Source: Escherichia coli (lineage in GTDB: Bacteria > Pseudomonadota > Gammaproteobacteria > Enterobacterales > Enterobacteriaceae). Taken from it: a DNA stretch of 64,000 bases. The stretch lies in NCBI RefSeq assembly GCF_044647545.1, contig NZ_CP172818.1. One strand, 5' to 3'. The first letter of the stretch is position 1, and each line of letters begins with the position of its first letter. The notes under the pieces are model-generated. The model saw only the letters and a list, made by a program, of their open reading frames with translations. It searched no databases and was not told the origin of the DNA. This document shows positions 10,552 to 22,436 of the stretch, in pieces. The translations under genes were made by a program, and so were the position numbers.

Positions 10552-11595
10552 TTAACGGATCTCAACCATGGCACGACCGCCGCGCGCTGGCACCAGTTCG
10601 CCAATCGCCGTCAGTTCAATGCCAAACTCGGCGGCTGTAGCTTTGACCTCATTTTCTGCTTCCGGCATGACCGCCAGCAGCAAACCGCCAGAAGTTTGCG
10701 GATCGCACAGCAGATCGCGCACTTCACGCGGCATTTCACCCATCAGATGACCGTAGCTGGCAAAGTTACGTTCGGTGCCGCCAGGCACTGCGCCCAACTT
10801 AATGTACTCTTCAACCCCAGGCAATTTCGGGATCGCGTCATAGTCGACGCGCGCCTGCACACCTGCGCCCTGACACATTTCGCTTAAATGCCCCAGCAAA
10901 CCAAAACCCGTAACGTCTGTCATCGCTTTTACGCCTTCGATGTTGGCAAAGGACGCGCCTGCGATGTTCATCCGGCACATCACTTCCGTCGCCAATCCCT
11001 GATGTTCTGGTTTAAGCAGTGATTTTTTCTCAGCCGTGGTAAGAACGCCAATCCCCAGCGGTTTCGTCAGGAACAGTTTGCATCCGGCTTGTGCGGTACT
11101 GTTTTTCTTCACCCGCTCGGTCGGTACGATCCCCGTTACCGCCAGACCAAAAATCGGCTCCGGCGCATCGATGGAGTGACCGCCAGCCAGCGCAATACCC
11201 GCCTGACGGCATGCATAGCGTCCACCTTCGGTCACTTCGCGGGCAATTTCCGGGGAAAGTTTGTTAATCGGCCAGCCGAGGATCGCAATCGCCATAATCG
11301 GTTTGCCGCCCATTGCGAAGATATCGCTGATGGCGTTAGTCGCCGCAATGCGGCCAAAATCGAAAGGATTATCAACGATCGGCATAAAGAAGTCGGTGGT
11401 ACTGATAACGCTGGTGCCATTGCCCAGATCGTACACCGCCGCATCGTCGCGGGTTTCATTACCCACAAGCAAATTCGGATCAACAAACTTCGCCTGCTCA
11501 CTGTGCAGGATGGTTTCCAACACTTTTGGGGAAATTTTACAGCCGCAACCAGCGCCGTGGCTGTATTGGGTCAAACGAATCGAGTTCTCGCTCAT
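10552..11595 (-). CDS. selD: selenide, water dikinase (selenophosphate synthetase)
   Basis: N-terminus [23 protein letters not shown]; 347 aa; 4 nt gap to topB start. Confidence 0.95.
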
Positions 11596-11711
11596 GGACA
11601 TCTCCTGTCAATGCAATCCGGGTATGGTAACCCTCATTCCATGAAGTGATAAGTGAGAGTGTCTGAATTCCTGCGCCTTTGCTCACAATCCAGACAGTTT
11701 CGCGACAATTA

Positions 11712-12263
11712 TCAGAAATAAGTCACAAACGGCGTCGGGTCCGGGACGTTTATCGACGTAGATGCTTTCAACTGCGGCGTACCGAGGTAGAGAAAACCGA
11801 CAATTTTATCCTGCTCACGGCAACCGAATGCTTCACGCACTACCGGACTTTCAGTTAATGCACCACTGCGCCAGATGCCGCCAAACCCCTGGGCAACTGC
11901 TGCCATTTGCATCGCCATGACCGCGCATCCCGCAGACATTTCCTGTTCCCAGCGCGGGACTTTATGATTTTCTTCGCATTTCGCCACCACCGTTATGATG
12001 AGCGGTGCGCGGAACGGCGCATTACGCGCTTTGTCGATGGCTTTGTTATCACTACCGGCAGCAATCGCCCCCTGCTCCAGTACAGCGCTGAAACGCTCGC
12101 GCCCTTCCCCTTCAATTACAAAGAAATGCCACGGTTGCATGGACTTATGGTCCGGCGCACGCATACCCGCACGCAGGATGTTTTGCAGTTGTTCACCCGT
12201 TGGCGCGGGTTCAGCCAGGCGGGAGGCGCTACGGCGATTGATCAATAGTTCGAGTGCATCCAT
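11712..12263 (-). CDS. ydjA: NAD(P)H nitroreductase
   Basis: 183 aa from [13 protein letters not shown]; nitroreductase fold family. Confidence 0.9.
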   Translation of the reverse strand: MDALELLINRRSASRLAEPAPTGEQLQNILRAGMRAPDHKSMQPWHFFVIEGEGRERFSAVLEQGAIAAGSDNKAIDKARNAPFRAPLIITVVAKCEENHKVPRWEQEMSAGCAVMAMQMAAVAQGFGGIWRSGALTESPVVREAFGCREQDKIVGFLYLGTPQLKASTSINVPDPTPFVTYF

Positions 12264-12423
12264 TTGATTAACTCCTGTCATGATATTTATTCACAAAATT
12301 AACACGAGAGTGGATTTTGTTACAGCCCAGTCCGCAATTCCTGCTGACAAGTGCCGGTTGGGTCATTACGATAACCACATCTATTGCGCCTGAGACAGGT
12401 GTGACCTTAAGTTGGGAGAATAC

Positions 12424-14280
12424 ATGCGAACCCTTTGGCGATTTATTGCCGGATTTTTTAAATGGACGTGGCGTCTGCTGAATTTCGTCCGTGAAATGGT
12501 ACTTAACCTGTTCTTTATTTTTCTCGTGCTGGTTGGTGTGGGGATCTGGATGCAGGTCAGTGGTGGTGATTCGAAAGAAACGGCCAGTCGTGGCGCACTG
12601 CTGCTGGACATTTCTGGTGTGATCGTCGATAAACCCGACAGTTCTCAGCGGTTTAGTAAATTAAGCCGCCAGCTGCTTGGTGCCAGTTCCGATCGTCTGC
12701 AGGAAAACTCACTGTTTGATATCGTCAACACCATTCGCCAGGCGAAGGACGACCGCAATATCACCGGTATTGTGATGGATCTGAAAAACTTCGCAGGCGG
12801 CGACCAGCCGTCTATGCAGTACATCGGCAAAGCTCTGAAAGAGTTTCGTGACAGCGGGAAACCGGTTTATGCCGTTGGCGAGAACTACAGCCAGGGGCAA
12901 TATTATCTCGCCAGTTTCGCCAATAAAATTTGGCTGTCACCGCAAGGCGTGGTGGATCTGCACGGCTTTGCCACCAACGGTCTGTACTACAAATCGTTGC
13001 TGGATAAGCTGAAAGTTTCCACCCATGTGTTCCGCGTGGGTACGTATAAATCTGCCGTTGAACCGTTTATTCGTGATGATATGTCGCCGGCAGCCCGCGA
13101 AGCTGACAGCCGCTGGATTGGTGAGCTGTGGCAAAACTATCTGAATACTGTTGCCGCTAACCGGCAGATCCCTGCTCAGCAGGTATTCCCTGGCGCGCAA
13201 GGGTTGCTTGAGGGTTTAACCAAAACCGGTGGCGATACCGCGAAATATGCGCTGGAAAACAAGCTGGTCGATGCACTGGCATCGAGTGCCGAAATCGAAA
13301 AAACTCTGACCAAAGAGTTCGGCTGGAGCAAGACTGATAAAAATTATCGCGCCATCAGTTATTACGATTACGCATTGAAAACGCCGGCAGATACCGGTGA
13401 CAGCATCGGAGTCGTCTTCGCTAATGGCGCAATTATGGATGGCGAGGAAACTCAGGGGAATGTTGGCGGTGATACCACTGCGGCACAAATCCGCGACGCT
13501 CGCCTTGACCCGAAAGTGAAAGCGATTGTCCTGCGTGTTAATAGCCCAGGCGGCAGCGTTACCGCGTCTGAAGTGATTCGCGCTGAACTGGCAGCAGCCC
13601 GGGCAGCGGGTAAGCCTGTGGTTGTATCGATGGGCGGCATGGCGGCATCTGGTGGTTACTGGATTTCCACGCCAGCTAATTACATTGTGGCTAACCCCAG
13701 CACCCTGACCGGTTCTATCGGTATCTTCGGCGTGATCACCACCGTAGAAAATAGTCTGGATTCGATTGGTGTTCATACTGATGGTGTCTCAACTTCACCG
13801 CTGGCGGATGTTTCTATCACCAGGGCACTGCCGCCGGAAGCGCAGCAGATGATGCAGTTAAGCATTGAGAATGGCTATAAACGCTTTATCACGCTGGTTG
13901 CTGATGCGCGTCATTCAACGCCGGAGCAGATTGATAAAATCGCCCAGGGCCACGTCTGGACCGGTCAGGATGCAAAAGCTAACGGGCTGGTCGATAGTCT
14001 CGGGGATTTCGATGATGCGGTCGCCAAAGCCGCAGAGCTGGCAAAAGTGAAACAGTGGCATCTGGAATACTACGTTGATGAACCGACCTTCTTCGACAAA
14101 GTGATGGACAACATGTCTGGTTCTGTCCGGGCAATGTTGCCAGATGCGTTCCAGGCCATGTTACCTGCACCGCTGGCCTCGGTAGCCTCTACCGTTAAAA
14201 GTGAAAGCGACAAGCTGGCCGCGTTTAACGACCCACAAAACCGTTATGCGTTTTGCCTGACCTGCGCCAACGTGCGTTAA
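12424..14280 (+). CDS. sppA: protease IV (signal peptide peptidase A)
   Basis: 618 aa; N-terminal TM segment then tandem ClpP/crotonase-like peptidase S49 domains. Confidence 0.95.
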
Positions 14281-14292
14281 GTCATGTACTAA

Positions 14293-14325
14293 GTGGCCGA
14301 CAGATCGTCGGCCACATTACTTTTT
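14293..14325 (+). terminator. rho-independent terminator of sppA
   Basis: gtggccgac-agatc-gtcggccac followed by attacttttt. Confidence 0.8.
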
Positions 14326-14446
14326 ACGTCGACGAATCCTCTTCCCGCTGTCTCGCCCCATATTTCCTTATCCGCATAGTATCAGGTGCGCTCCCCCTGC
14401 CTCACGTATATACTTTTGCTCTTTCGATATCATTCATATCAATATC

Positions 14447-15463
14447 ATGCAAAAGAAATCAATTTACGTCGCCTACACGGGCGGGACCATCGGGATGCAG
14501 CGTTCCGAGCAGGGTTATATTCCGGTGTCAGGTCATCTACAGCGCCAACTGGCGCTGATGCCGGAATTCCATCGCCCGGAGATGCCAGATTTCACCATTC
14601 ATGAATATACGCCATTGATGGATTCTTCTGATATGACGCCAGAAGACTGGCAGCATATTGCTGAAGATATTAAAGCGCATTATGACGACTATGATGGTTT
14701 TGTCATTCTGCACGGCACCGACACGATGGCGTATACCGCCTCTGCACTGTCGTTCATGCTCGAGAATCTCGGTAAACCGGTTATTGTGACAGGGTCACAA
14801 ATCCCGCTAGCTGAGTTACGCTCTGACGGACAAATTAATCTGCTGAATGCGTTGTACGTTGCGGCGAATTATCCTATCAACGAAGTAACTCTCTTTTTTA
14901 ATAATCGACTTTATCGTGGCAACCGTACCACCAAAGCCCATGCCGATGGTTTTGATGCGTTTGCCTCTCCAAACCTTCCTCCGTTACTGGAAGCAGGTAT
15001 CCATATTCGTCGTTTGAATACGCCACCCGCCCCGCACGGTGAAGGGGAATTGATCGTTCATCCAATCACCCCACAACCGATTGGCGTAGTGACGATTTAT
15101 CCAGGGATTTCTGCTGACGTCGTGCGCAATTTTCTGCGCCAACCGGTGAAAGCATTGATTCTGCGCTCATATGGCGTGGGTAATGCGCCACAAAACAAAG
15201 CCTTCCTGCAAGAATTACAAGAAGCCAGCGATCGCGGTATTGTGGTAGTCAACCTGACACAATGTATGTCCGGTAAAGTGAATATGGGTGGTTATGCCAC
15301 CGGTAACGCCCTCGCCCATGCCGGCGTTATTGGCGGTGCAGATATGACTGTAGAAGCCACACTAACCAAACTGCATTACCTGCTTAGCCAGGAACTGGAT
15401 ACTGAAACCATTCGCAAGGCCATGAGCCAAAACCTGCGCGGCGAACTGACGCCGGATGATTAA
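14447..15463 (+). CDS. ansA: cytoplasmic L-asparaginase I
   Basis: 338 aa; asparaginase N-terminal motif YTGGTIGM. Confidence 0.95.
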   Translation: MQKKSIYVAYTGGTIGMQRSEQGYIPVSGHLQRQLALMPEFHRPEMPDFTIHEYTPLMDSSDMTPEDWQHIAEDIKAHYDDYDGFVILHGTDTMAYTASALSFMLENLGKPVIVTGSQIPLAELRSDGQINLLNALYVAANYPINEVTLFFNNRLYRGNRTTKAHADGFDAFASPNLPPLLEAGIHIRRLNTPPAPHGEGELIVHPITPQPIGVVTIYPGISADVVRNFLRQPVKALILRSYGVGNAPQNKAFLQELQEASDRGIVVVNLTQCMSGKVNMGGYATGNALAHAGVIGGADMTVEATLTKLHYLLSQELDTETIRKAMSQNLRGELTPDD

Positions 15464-15473
15464 GGAGACTGCA

Positions 15474-16115
15474 ATGCCCCCTCGCGCCCTGTTACTGGTC
15501 GATTTACAAAATGATTTCTGTGCTGGTGGCGCGCTCGCCGTGCCGGAAGGTGACAGTACGGTGGATGTCGCTAACCGCCTGATTGACTGGTGCCAGTCGC
15601 GCGGTGAAGCGGTTATCGCCAGTCAGGACTGGCACCCGGCGAATCACGGCAGTTTTGCCAGTCAGCACGGTGTAGAGCCTTATACGCCAGGCCAACTCGA
15701 CGGTTTGCCACAAACCTTCTGGCCAGATCACTGTGTGCAGAACAGTGAAGGCGCACAATTACATCCGTTACTGAACCAAAAAGCGATCGCAGCGGTGTTC
15801 CATAAAGGCGAAAATCCTTTAGTTGACAGTTACAGTGCCTTTTTTGATAACGGCCGTCGGCAGAAAACTGCGCTCGATGACTGGTTGCGCGCTCATGTAA
15901 TCAATGAATTGATCGTTATGGGTCTGGCTACTGACTATTGCGTGAAGTTTACCGTGCTGGACGCGTTACAGTTAGGCTATAAGGTGAACGTGATTACCGA
16001 TGGTTGTCGTGGCGTAAATATCCAGCCACAGGACAGTGCGCACGCGTTTATGGAAATGTCAGCCGCTGGGGCAACGCTATATACGCTGGCAGACTGGGAA
16101 GAAACGCAGGAGTAA
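15474..16115 (+). CDS. pncA: nicotinamidase / pyrazinamidase
   Basis: 213 aa; isochorismatase-like; SD aaggag 6 nt upstream of ATG; 10 nt after ansA stop. Confidence 0.95.
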   Translation: MPPRALLLVDLQNDFCAGGALAVPEGDSTVDVANRLIDWCQSRGEAVIASQDWHPANHGSFASQHGVEPYTPGQLDGLPQTFWPDHCVQNSEGAQLHPLLNQKAIAAVFHKGENPLVDSYSAFFDNGRRQKTALDDWLRAHVINELIVMGLATDYCVKFTVLDALQLGYKVNVITDGCRGVNIQPQDSAHAFMEMSAAGATLYTLADWEETQE

Positions 16116-16122
16116 TTTTACG

Positions 16123-16157
16123 CTGGCCTACAATTCTGTACTGGCATTGTAGGCCAG
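16123..16157. terminator. 12-bp perfect inverted repeat between convergent pncA and ydjE (bidirectional terminator / REP-like hairpin)
   Basis: ctggcctacaat-N11-attgtaggccag read directly. Confidence 0.6.
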
Positions 16158-16207
16158 ATAAAACACATCAGTGATACATCTGGTAATTGACGCCATCAAC
16201 GAAAGAT

Positions 16208-17566
16208 TTAATTCACCTCAGAAATCTCTTCCAGCGACACCTTCCGCGTTTCGATGCCAAAAATGGAGAGAACCAGCGCACAGAGCACTAACATGACACC
16301 AAGCACCATAAACACCGTGATCGACCCATAATGTGTTAATAATGCCGCAACGCCATAGGGCGTGAAGACTGCGACGATCCGTCCGACGGCATTAACGAAA
16401 CCCGAACCGCGCAAGCGTAAATGCGTTGGCCAAAGTTCCGGGATATAAACCGCCGACGCGAAGCACACATACATGTATAAAAAGAAGATCATCACCAGGC
16501 CATAGATTAAAATCGCCCACTCTGTAGTCTGAATTGAATAGATATAGCCTAACACAGCAATAATAATAAGTAAGGCAGAGCCAAATAATCGACGAGGAAA
16601 ATGATCAATAATTAATGCCGCAATAAATATCCCTACCGGAGCGCCAATCATAATAACAGCGGTCATTAATATTGATTTATCAACATCAATGCCGGAGTTA
16701 ACAAATATGGTCGGTATCCATACGGTGATGGTATAAAGCGAAATGTTCATTGCAATTAAAACAGTAATCGCGACTAATGTACGTCGTAACATTTCCCCTT
16801 TAAACAGGAGCCAGAAGGTACCCTTGATTACCTTAACCTTGCTGTTGCTCTGGTTCAAAGTAAGCGGGGGTAAACGAACACTCTTCTCTCTTTCAATTTG
16901 CTGCTCTACTTCACGAAGTTGGCTTTCTGCACCTGCGATTTGTCCTTTCCCCGCCAACCATCGAGGCGACTCAATAAAGTATTTACCTGAGAGAAACCAG
17001 GCTAACAGTATGCCAATACCACCCAGCAGAAACATTATCCGCCAACTAAAAAAAGCGATAACCACCACGCCTATCGCCGCAGACAACATGGGCGACCAGT
17101 TACCGACAAATGAGAGCCGCGCGGACCATTTTCCACGCACCGTCGCGGGGATAAACTCCGTAAATGAGGCATAGCCAACCATAATCAGCGCCCCCATTCC
17201 TGTTCCCATCAGGAAGCGAAAGAAGATGAGCCAGTACATATCAGGGACAAAAGCGGCCCCTGTTGCCGCAATACCGACGATGAGAAGATTTATGCGAAAC
17301 GCCCTGCGCCGCCCAAAGTAGTCACCAATAAACCCACCGGTAAGAGAGCCGATGAAATAACCAAACATTAATGCCGAGGTAAAGGCGGCATTGAGAAAAT
17401 TATTTGACCATCCATTGCTTACCAGCTTTGCTAAAACAACATTGCCTGAATAACTCAAAAAACCCGTTAATAACAGACTAAAGCTTATAATACCAAATAT
17501 ACGATAATGAAACCGGGCCAAAGGCAAGCGGTCCAGTCTTGCGCCAATTTGATCATATTGTTCCAT
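16208..17566 (-). CDS. ydjE: MFS sugar(-acid) transporter
   Basis: 452 aa, 12-TM MFS; paralog of ydjK. Confidence 0.9.
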   Translation of the reverse strand: MEQYDQIGARLDRLPLARFHYRIFGIISFSLLLTGFLSYSGNVVLAKLVSNGWSNNFLNAAFTSALMFGYFIGSLTGGFIGDYFGRRRAFRINLLIVGIAATGAAFVPDMYWLIFFRFLMGTGMGALIMVGYASFTEFIPATVRGKWSARLSFVGNWSPMLSAAIGVVVIAFFSWRIMFLLGGIGILLAWFLSGKYFIESPRWLAGKGQIAGAESQLREVEQQIEREKSVRLPPLTLNQSNSKVKVIKGTFWLLFKGEMLRRTLVAITVLIAMNISLYTITVWIPTIFVNSGIDVDKSILMTAVIMIGAPVGIFIAALIIDHFPRRLFGSALLIIIAVLGYIYSIQTTEWAILIYGLVMIFFLYMYVCFASAVYIPELWPTHLRLRGSGFVNAVGRIVAVFTPYGVAALLTHYGSITVFMVLGVMLVLCALVLSIFGIETRKVSLEEISEVN

Positions 17567-17682
17567 TAGGTGCCTCGGATTTGCTAAAAAGGTAGCAATT
17601 GCGGCAAATTCACTTGCCGCATCTTTATCATCATTTTATTTCCAGGCGCAGGAACAAATAATATTGACAACGTGTGCTTAAA

Positions 17683-18441
17683 TTACCACACCAGCTGGAT
17701 ATTATTGTCTTTGCAAAATGCTATCCACTCTGCACCCGGTGATTTATCAGTTATTATGTAATTAATATGACTAAAGTCAGCTAACTGGACAAAAGCTTTG
17801 CGATCAAACTTAGAGTGATCAACCAATAACGCAACTTCTGTCGCCTGACGGATCATTGTCTTTTTGATTTCAGCTTCCGCTTCGTTAGAGTCCAGCGCGC
17901 CGCTGTTAATATCAAGACCTTTACAACTCATTACCATGATATCGACATGGTAGCGGCTGATGATCTCTTTAGTAATTCTTCCTTGCAGGGAAAGTGTATT
18001 TTTGTTTAGTTCCCCACCCGTTGAAACGACTTTAATTTCTGACTGAGCCAGAACATGAATCGCTTCCGCCGAGTTGGTTAGCAACGTCAGGTCACTACGG
18101 TCCTGTAACAATTTGAGCAATTCCATTACGGTACTACTGGAATCGGCTGCCATGGTGGTTTTATTGTCGATAAAGGGTAATGCCTTGCGTGCAATAAGCT
18201 GCTTCTCTTCATAAAACGATGAAGCGCGCTTATAAAAATGGATATTCTCCGTCAACATCGCTGTATTTAAAACAGCACCACCATAGGTTCTGGTCAAAAA
18301 GCCTTCATCTTCCAGCTTCTCAAGATCGCGGCGAATGGTTTCTTCGGTTACCTGAAAAATCCCACTCAAATTTGAGACTGTCACCTTTTTATCGTTGGCA
18401 ACCATTTGCTTAATTGCCTGAATCCTGTCTTTTGCCGCCAC
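17683..18441 (-). CDS. ydjF: DeoR-family transcriptional regulator
   Basis: 252 aa; N-terminal HTH plus DeoR C-terminal sugar-binding domain. Confidence 0.9.
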   Translation of the reverse strand: MAAKDRIQAIKQMVANDKKVTVSNLSGIFQVTEETIRRDLEKLEDEGFLTRTYGGAVLNTAMLTENIHFYKRASSFYEEKQLIARKALPFIDNKTTMAADSSSTVMELLKLLQDRSDLTLLTNSAEAIHVLAQSEIKVVSTGGELNKNTLSLQGRITKEIISRYHVDIMVMSCKGLDINSGALDSNEAEAEIKKTMIRQATEVALLVDHSKFDRKAFVQLADFSHINYIITDKSPGAEWIAFCKDNNIQLVW

Positions 18442-18577
18442 GATTACACCCCTGTATCTTTTTACATCACATTAGCGCGATTATCGCATAATTGATGTTT
18501 ACTTTCAAAATAACCTGTTTGAATCACAGATTTTCATCACAGTTTTCACAGAAACAGAGGTGAATCGTGTTGAGTAT

Positions 18578-19558
18578 TTAACGCTCCAGGGCCTCTGCCA
18601 TTTCCCTCATCAATGTTGCGTCTGCATCCGATAAGTTGATATTCAATGCCGCGACATTTTCGCGTACCTGTTCCGGTGCAGTAGCCCCACTAAGAATGGA
18701 GATTAAATCACTCTGTTTTAATATCCACGCCAGTGCCAGAGTGGGAATTGTGCACTGATAACGAGCACAGAGTGGCTGCCACTGTTCAAGCATATCAATC
18801 ACTTTCAGCATGTTTTCACGCTGGAACCAGACTTTATTTGCCCGAGCGCCGCCCGGAACGTAATCACGAGTGATGGTACCGGTCAACAATCCCTGCTCTA
18901 GCGGGGAATAAACCTGTACCACAATGCCATTATCACGACATAGCGGCAGCAGTTCGCTTTCCATTGCCCGGTCGAGGATACTGTATTTCGCCTGAATAAT
19001 ATCCAGTTCACCATATTGTAGATACTCGCGGATATGGTCAGCATCGACGTTAGCAGCGCCTATAGCGCGAATTTTCCCTTCGGCCTTTAACTCATTGAGC
19101 ACTGCGACAGTTTCAGCGATCGGCGTAAAAAATGGCGGCACCGACTGCCAGTGCGTCATGTAGATATCGATGTAATCAATACCCAGACGTTGCAAGCTGG
19201 CTTCTACCTCTTCGCGGATAGATTCAGGGGAAAGGTTTTTATACAACTGCCGATCGCCAACTTTGTTGAATAAACTCCCTTTTCGTTCCCAGACAATGCC
19301 GCATTTGGTTTCTACTACAACCTGTTCACGGGGCAGTTTTTTTAACGCCTGACCGACGATAACTTCACTATTGCCAAAGTTATATCCTGGCGCAGTATCA
19401 ATCAGATTAATGCCACAACGATGGGCTTCAAGAATCGTATCAATACATATTTGCCGATCGAGATCGCCATTCCATGCAGGACCGCCGCCAATGGCCCATG
19501 TCCCCAACCCCATTCGCGAAAGCGTAATATCCGTTGTGCCTAAAGGTATCTTTTTCAT
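18578..19558 (-). CDS. ydjG: NADH-dependent aldo-keto reductase
   Basis: 326 aa AKR family. Confidence 0.9.
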   Translation of the reverse strand: MKKIPLGTTDITLSRMGLGTWAIGGGPAWNGDLDRQICIDTILEAHRCGINLIDTAPGYNFGNSEVIVGQALKKLPREQVVVETKCGIVWERKGSLFNKVGDRQLYKNLSPESIREEVEASLQRLGIDYIDIYMTHWQSVPPFFTPIAETVAVLNELKAEGKIRAIGAANVDADHIREYLQYGELDIIQAKYSILDRAMESELLPLCRDNGIVVQVYSPLEQGLLTGTITRDYVPGGARANKVWFQRENMLKVIDMLEQWQPLCARYQCTIPTLALAWILKQSDLISILSGATAPEQVRENVAALNINLSDADATLMREMAEALER

Positions 19559-19567
19559 TTGCCTTCA

Positions 19568-20515
19568 TTATCCTTCGTATTCTTCCAGCAATTGTTCGAC
19601 CAGTTTTCTGTTTTTTACACCGGTGGTGGCACCGACGCTCAAAACAGAGATAGCCGCCGTTGCATTGGCAAAGCGTGCGCATTCACGCAGATTTTTGCCT
19701 TCTAACAGAGCCGCTATAAAGCCAGAAGCAAAGTTATCGCCTGCGCCAATAGTGTCGATGGCGGTTATTCCTGCGACCGCCGGCACCTTCATCGTCATGT
19801 CACCACGCTTGATAAAGCAGCCGTCTTTACCCGTTTTAATCACCACCGTTTTTACGCCGCACGCAAGAAAGCAGTCAGCAATTTCATCCAGTGTCTCTTT
19901 CCCGGTGAGTAATTTTGCCTCGGCAAAATTAGGAAACAGATAATCGACATAACTCAATGCTTCGCAAATATCATCCAGCGTTTCATTCAACCGCGGTTTG
20001 ATCATATCGGCACAGATAATCATCTGCCGGGCTTTAGCTTGCGTAAAAATTTCTGTTAGCGCTTTACCATCCAATAGAGGACTGTTGAAAATACTGGCCA
20101 GAGATAATAATTTCGCCTGAGAAAACCGCGAAAAATCAACATCGTCAATATTCAATTTCCACAGACTGCCGTTACGGTTTGTGACAAACGTCCGCTCGCC
20201 ATCCTCCGTCACCAGTCCAACGTTAATTGAGGTATCTATGCTGACGTCCTGCTTCAGGCTTTGAATATCAATATTCTCTTTGCGGCAATGGTCGAGAATA
20301 AATTGCCCGGCGGCATCTTTACCAATACGACTCATTAATGCTGTGCGATGGCCCAGACGAGAAATAATTGTTGCTTCATTTATTGCATCACCCCCGGTGG
20401 TCATTGCGATTCTTTCAAGAGGATAAGAATCCACATCAAAGATATTTTTACTGACCGGTTGCAATGGAATATCAACAATAGCGGCACCTATACAAATAAC
20501 GTCGAGATTATCCAT
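19568..20515 (-). CDS. ydjH: PfkB-family sugar kinase
   Basis: 315 aa from second Met; ribokinase-like GAGD motif near C-terminus (IGAGDNFASGF). Confidence 0.85.
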   Translation of the reverse strand: MDNLDVICIGAAIVDIPLQPVSKNIFDVDSYPLERIAMTTGGDAINEATIISRLGHRTALMSRIGKDAAGQFILDHCRKENIDIQSLKQDVSIDTSINVGLVTEDGERTFVTNRNGSLWKLNIDDVDFSRFSQAKLLSLASIFNSPLLDGKALTEIFTQAKARQMIICADMIKPRLNETLDDICEALSYVDYLFPNFAEAKLLTGKETLDEIADCFLACGVKTVVIKTGKDGCFIKRGDMTMKVPAVAGITAIDTIGAGDNFASGFIAALLEGKNLRECARFANATAAISVLSVGATTGVKNRKLVEQLLEEYEG

Positions 20516-20519
20516 ATCA

Positions 20520-21356
20520 TTATTCCGCTTTGCCATCAGAACCGAACAGTTTAATTTTTTCCAATGCCCGTTCTTTTACAGCTTTACGTACTTCACGTTC
20601 TAAATGCAGGAAAGGCTGATCCTGGTTTTCTTTCACTGCTACCATTGCGGCCTGACAGAGCTCCGTATGAATGTTGATTTTCGCAATACCCAACGAAATT
20701 GCAGTTTTAATGTCGGCATCACTGATCCCCGATGCGCCGTGCAAAACCAGCGGAACAGAAACAGCATCGCGTACGCGTTTGACGACCTCAAAGTTCAATT
20801 GTGGCTCTGACGTATAAACCCCATGCTGGTTGCCGATGGCGACAGCCAATGAGTCACAGCCCGTACGTTCAACAAATTCAGCCGCCTGGTCAGGATCGGT
20901 ATAGTGATAGCCCGCCAGCGCTTCCTCATAAACGGTTTCATTACCGACATGCCCTAATTCCGCCTCTACCGGAATACCCAGCGGATGGAAGAAATCAACA
21001 GCCTCTTTGGTTAAACGAATATTTTCTTCGAAATCAAATGCGGAAGCATCACGCATTAATGAATTCATACCATGAGTCCAGGCGTTATGAATAATTTCCA
21101 TACTCCGACCATGATCCCAATGAGTTATTACCGGCACCGTTGCTTTTTTTGCCATTGATACCATCATGTGAGAGAAATCTTCAAATGAGGTGTTCCCGAC
21201 AAAACCTGTACCAAAAGAAATAATAACCGGTGATTTCGCTTCTTCGGCTGCGTCGATAACGCCCATCAACATTTCTGCATTCCATACGTTAAAATGGGCA
21301 ATTGCATAATGTTTATTTGTGGCATCGTTTTCCCAATATCTGATATCTGCGAGCAT
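20520..21356 (-). CDS. ydjI: class II (zinc) ketose-phosphate aldolase
   Basis: 278 aa; FbaA/GatY-like class II aldolase. Confidence 0.9.
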   Translation of the reverse strand: MLADIRYWENDATNKHYAIAHFNVWNAEMLMGVIDAAEEAKSPVIISFGTGFVGNTSFEDFSHMMVSMAKKATVPVITHWDHGRSMEIIHNAWTHGMNSLMRDASAFDFEENIRLTKEAVDFFHPLGIPVEAELGHVGNETVYEEALAGYHYTDPDQAAEFVERTGCDSLAVAIGNQHGVYTSEPQLNFEVVKRVRDAVSVPLVLHGASGISDADIKTAISLGIAKINIHTELCQAAMVAVKENQDQPFLHLEREVRKAVKERALEKIKLFGSDGKAE

Positions 21357-21376
21357 ATTCTGTTCTCCCGTATTAA

Positions 21377-22420
21377 TTAATCGCTAATTTTAATAACGCC
21401 TTTAATAATGTCGCGTTTGTTGTTAACTGACTCTTCAAATGCCTGTTGTACATCCCGATAATCGTAAATATGCGTCACCATCGATTTCACATCGAATCGC
21501 CCTGAAGAAATAGCTTCAATCGTGACCGGATAACGATTGGCATAGCGGAATACCGTCTGGATAGTGACTTCGCGATTGATTTTGAGGAAATTGATTGCCG
21601 AATCGCCCGGTACAGTACCAACAATCATAATTTTACCGCCGCGCATTACCAGATAAGGTGCCTGTTTAACGGTGACCGCAGAACCTGCTGTTTCGAAAAC
21701 AATATCTGCGCCCATTTCTTCGGTAAATTGCTGACAGCGTGCAATAGTGTCTTCTTTTGCGCCGTTAATAACCACTGTCGCGCCGAGCTGTTCCGCCATT
21801 GTCAGACGTTTTTCCAGCACATCAACGACGGCAATATCCGTAGCTCCCAGGCATTTGCACGCTTGCAACGTCATCAAACCAATACAACCTGCTCCCAGAA
21901 TAATTATCTTCTTACCCGGTTTAACATCTGCCAGCATCGCGGCATGCATCCCGACTGCGGCAGGCTCCACCAGCGCCCCTTCCATCGTGTCCATATTGTC
22001 GGGCAGTTTGTAAGTAAAGCTCTCCGGATGACACAGATAGTGCGTTAATGCGCCGCGGTAGTTGGGTTGTGTCGCCATAAAATCAACGTCCGGGCAGATG
22101 TTATATTTGCCTTCCAGACAGTAACGACAGTGACCGCAAGGAACGCCAGGTTCGATATTTACCCGATCCCCCGCTTTAAATTTGCGCACACGGCTTCCCA
22201 CAGCCACAACCGTCCCGGCGCATTCATGACCCAGGCCAATTTCTTGATTTGGGTCTTTAGGCGGAATAAACGGGCCTGATTCGAAACCATGTACATCTGA
22301 ACCACAAATACCGACATATTCCACTTTAATCAAAACTTCATCTTCTTTAGGCACAGGTATTTCTGCTGAAATAATTTTCATTGTGCCCGGCACCTGCAAT
22401 ATTGCTTTTGAATTTTTCAT
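21377..22420 (-). CDS. ydjJ: zinc-dependent medium-chain alcohol/polyol dehydrogenase
   Basis: 347 aa; GHECAG zinc-binding motif and CGHCRYC structural zinc motif. Confidence 0.9.
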   Translation of the reverse strand: MKNSKAILQVPGTMKIISAEIPVPKEDEVLIKVEYVGICGSDVHGFESGPFIPPKDPNQEIGLGHECAGTVVAVGSRVRKFKAGDRVNIEPGVPCGHCRYCLEGKYNICPDVDFMATQPNYRGALTHYLCHPESFTYKLPDNMDTMEGALVEPAAVGMHAAMLADVKPGKKIIILGAGCIGLMTLQACKCLGATDIAVVDVLEKRLTMAEQLGATVVINGAKEDTIARCQQFTEEMGADIVFETAGSAVTVKQAPYLVMRGGKIMIVGTVPGDSAINFLKINREVTIQTVFRYANRYPVTIEAISSGRFDVKSMVTHIYDYRDVQQAFEESVNNKRDIIKGVIKISD

Positions 22421-22436
22421 TTTGAATCCACCAGTA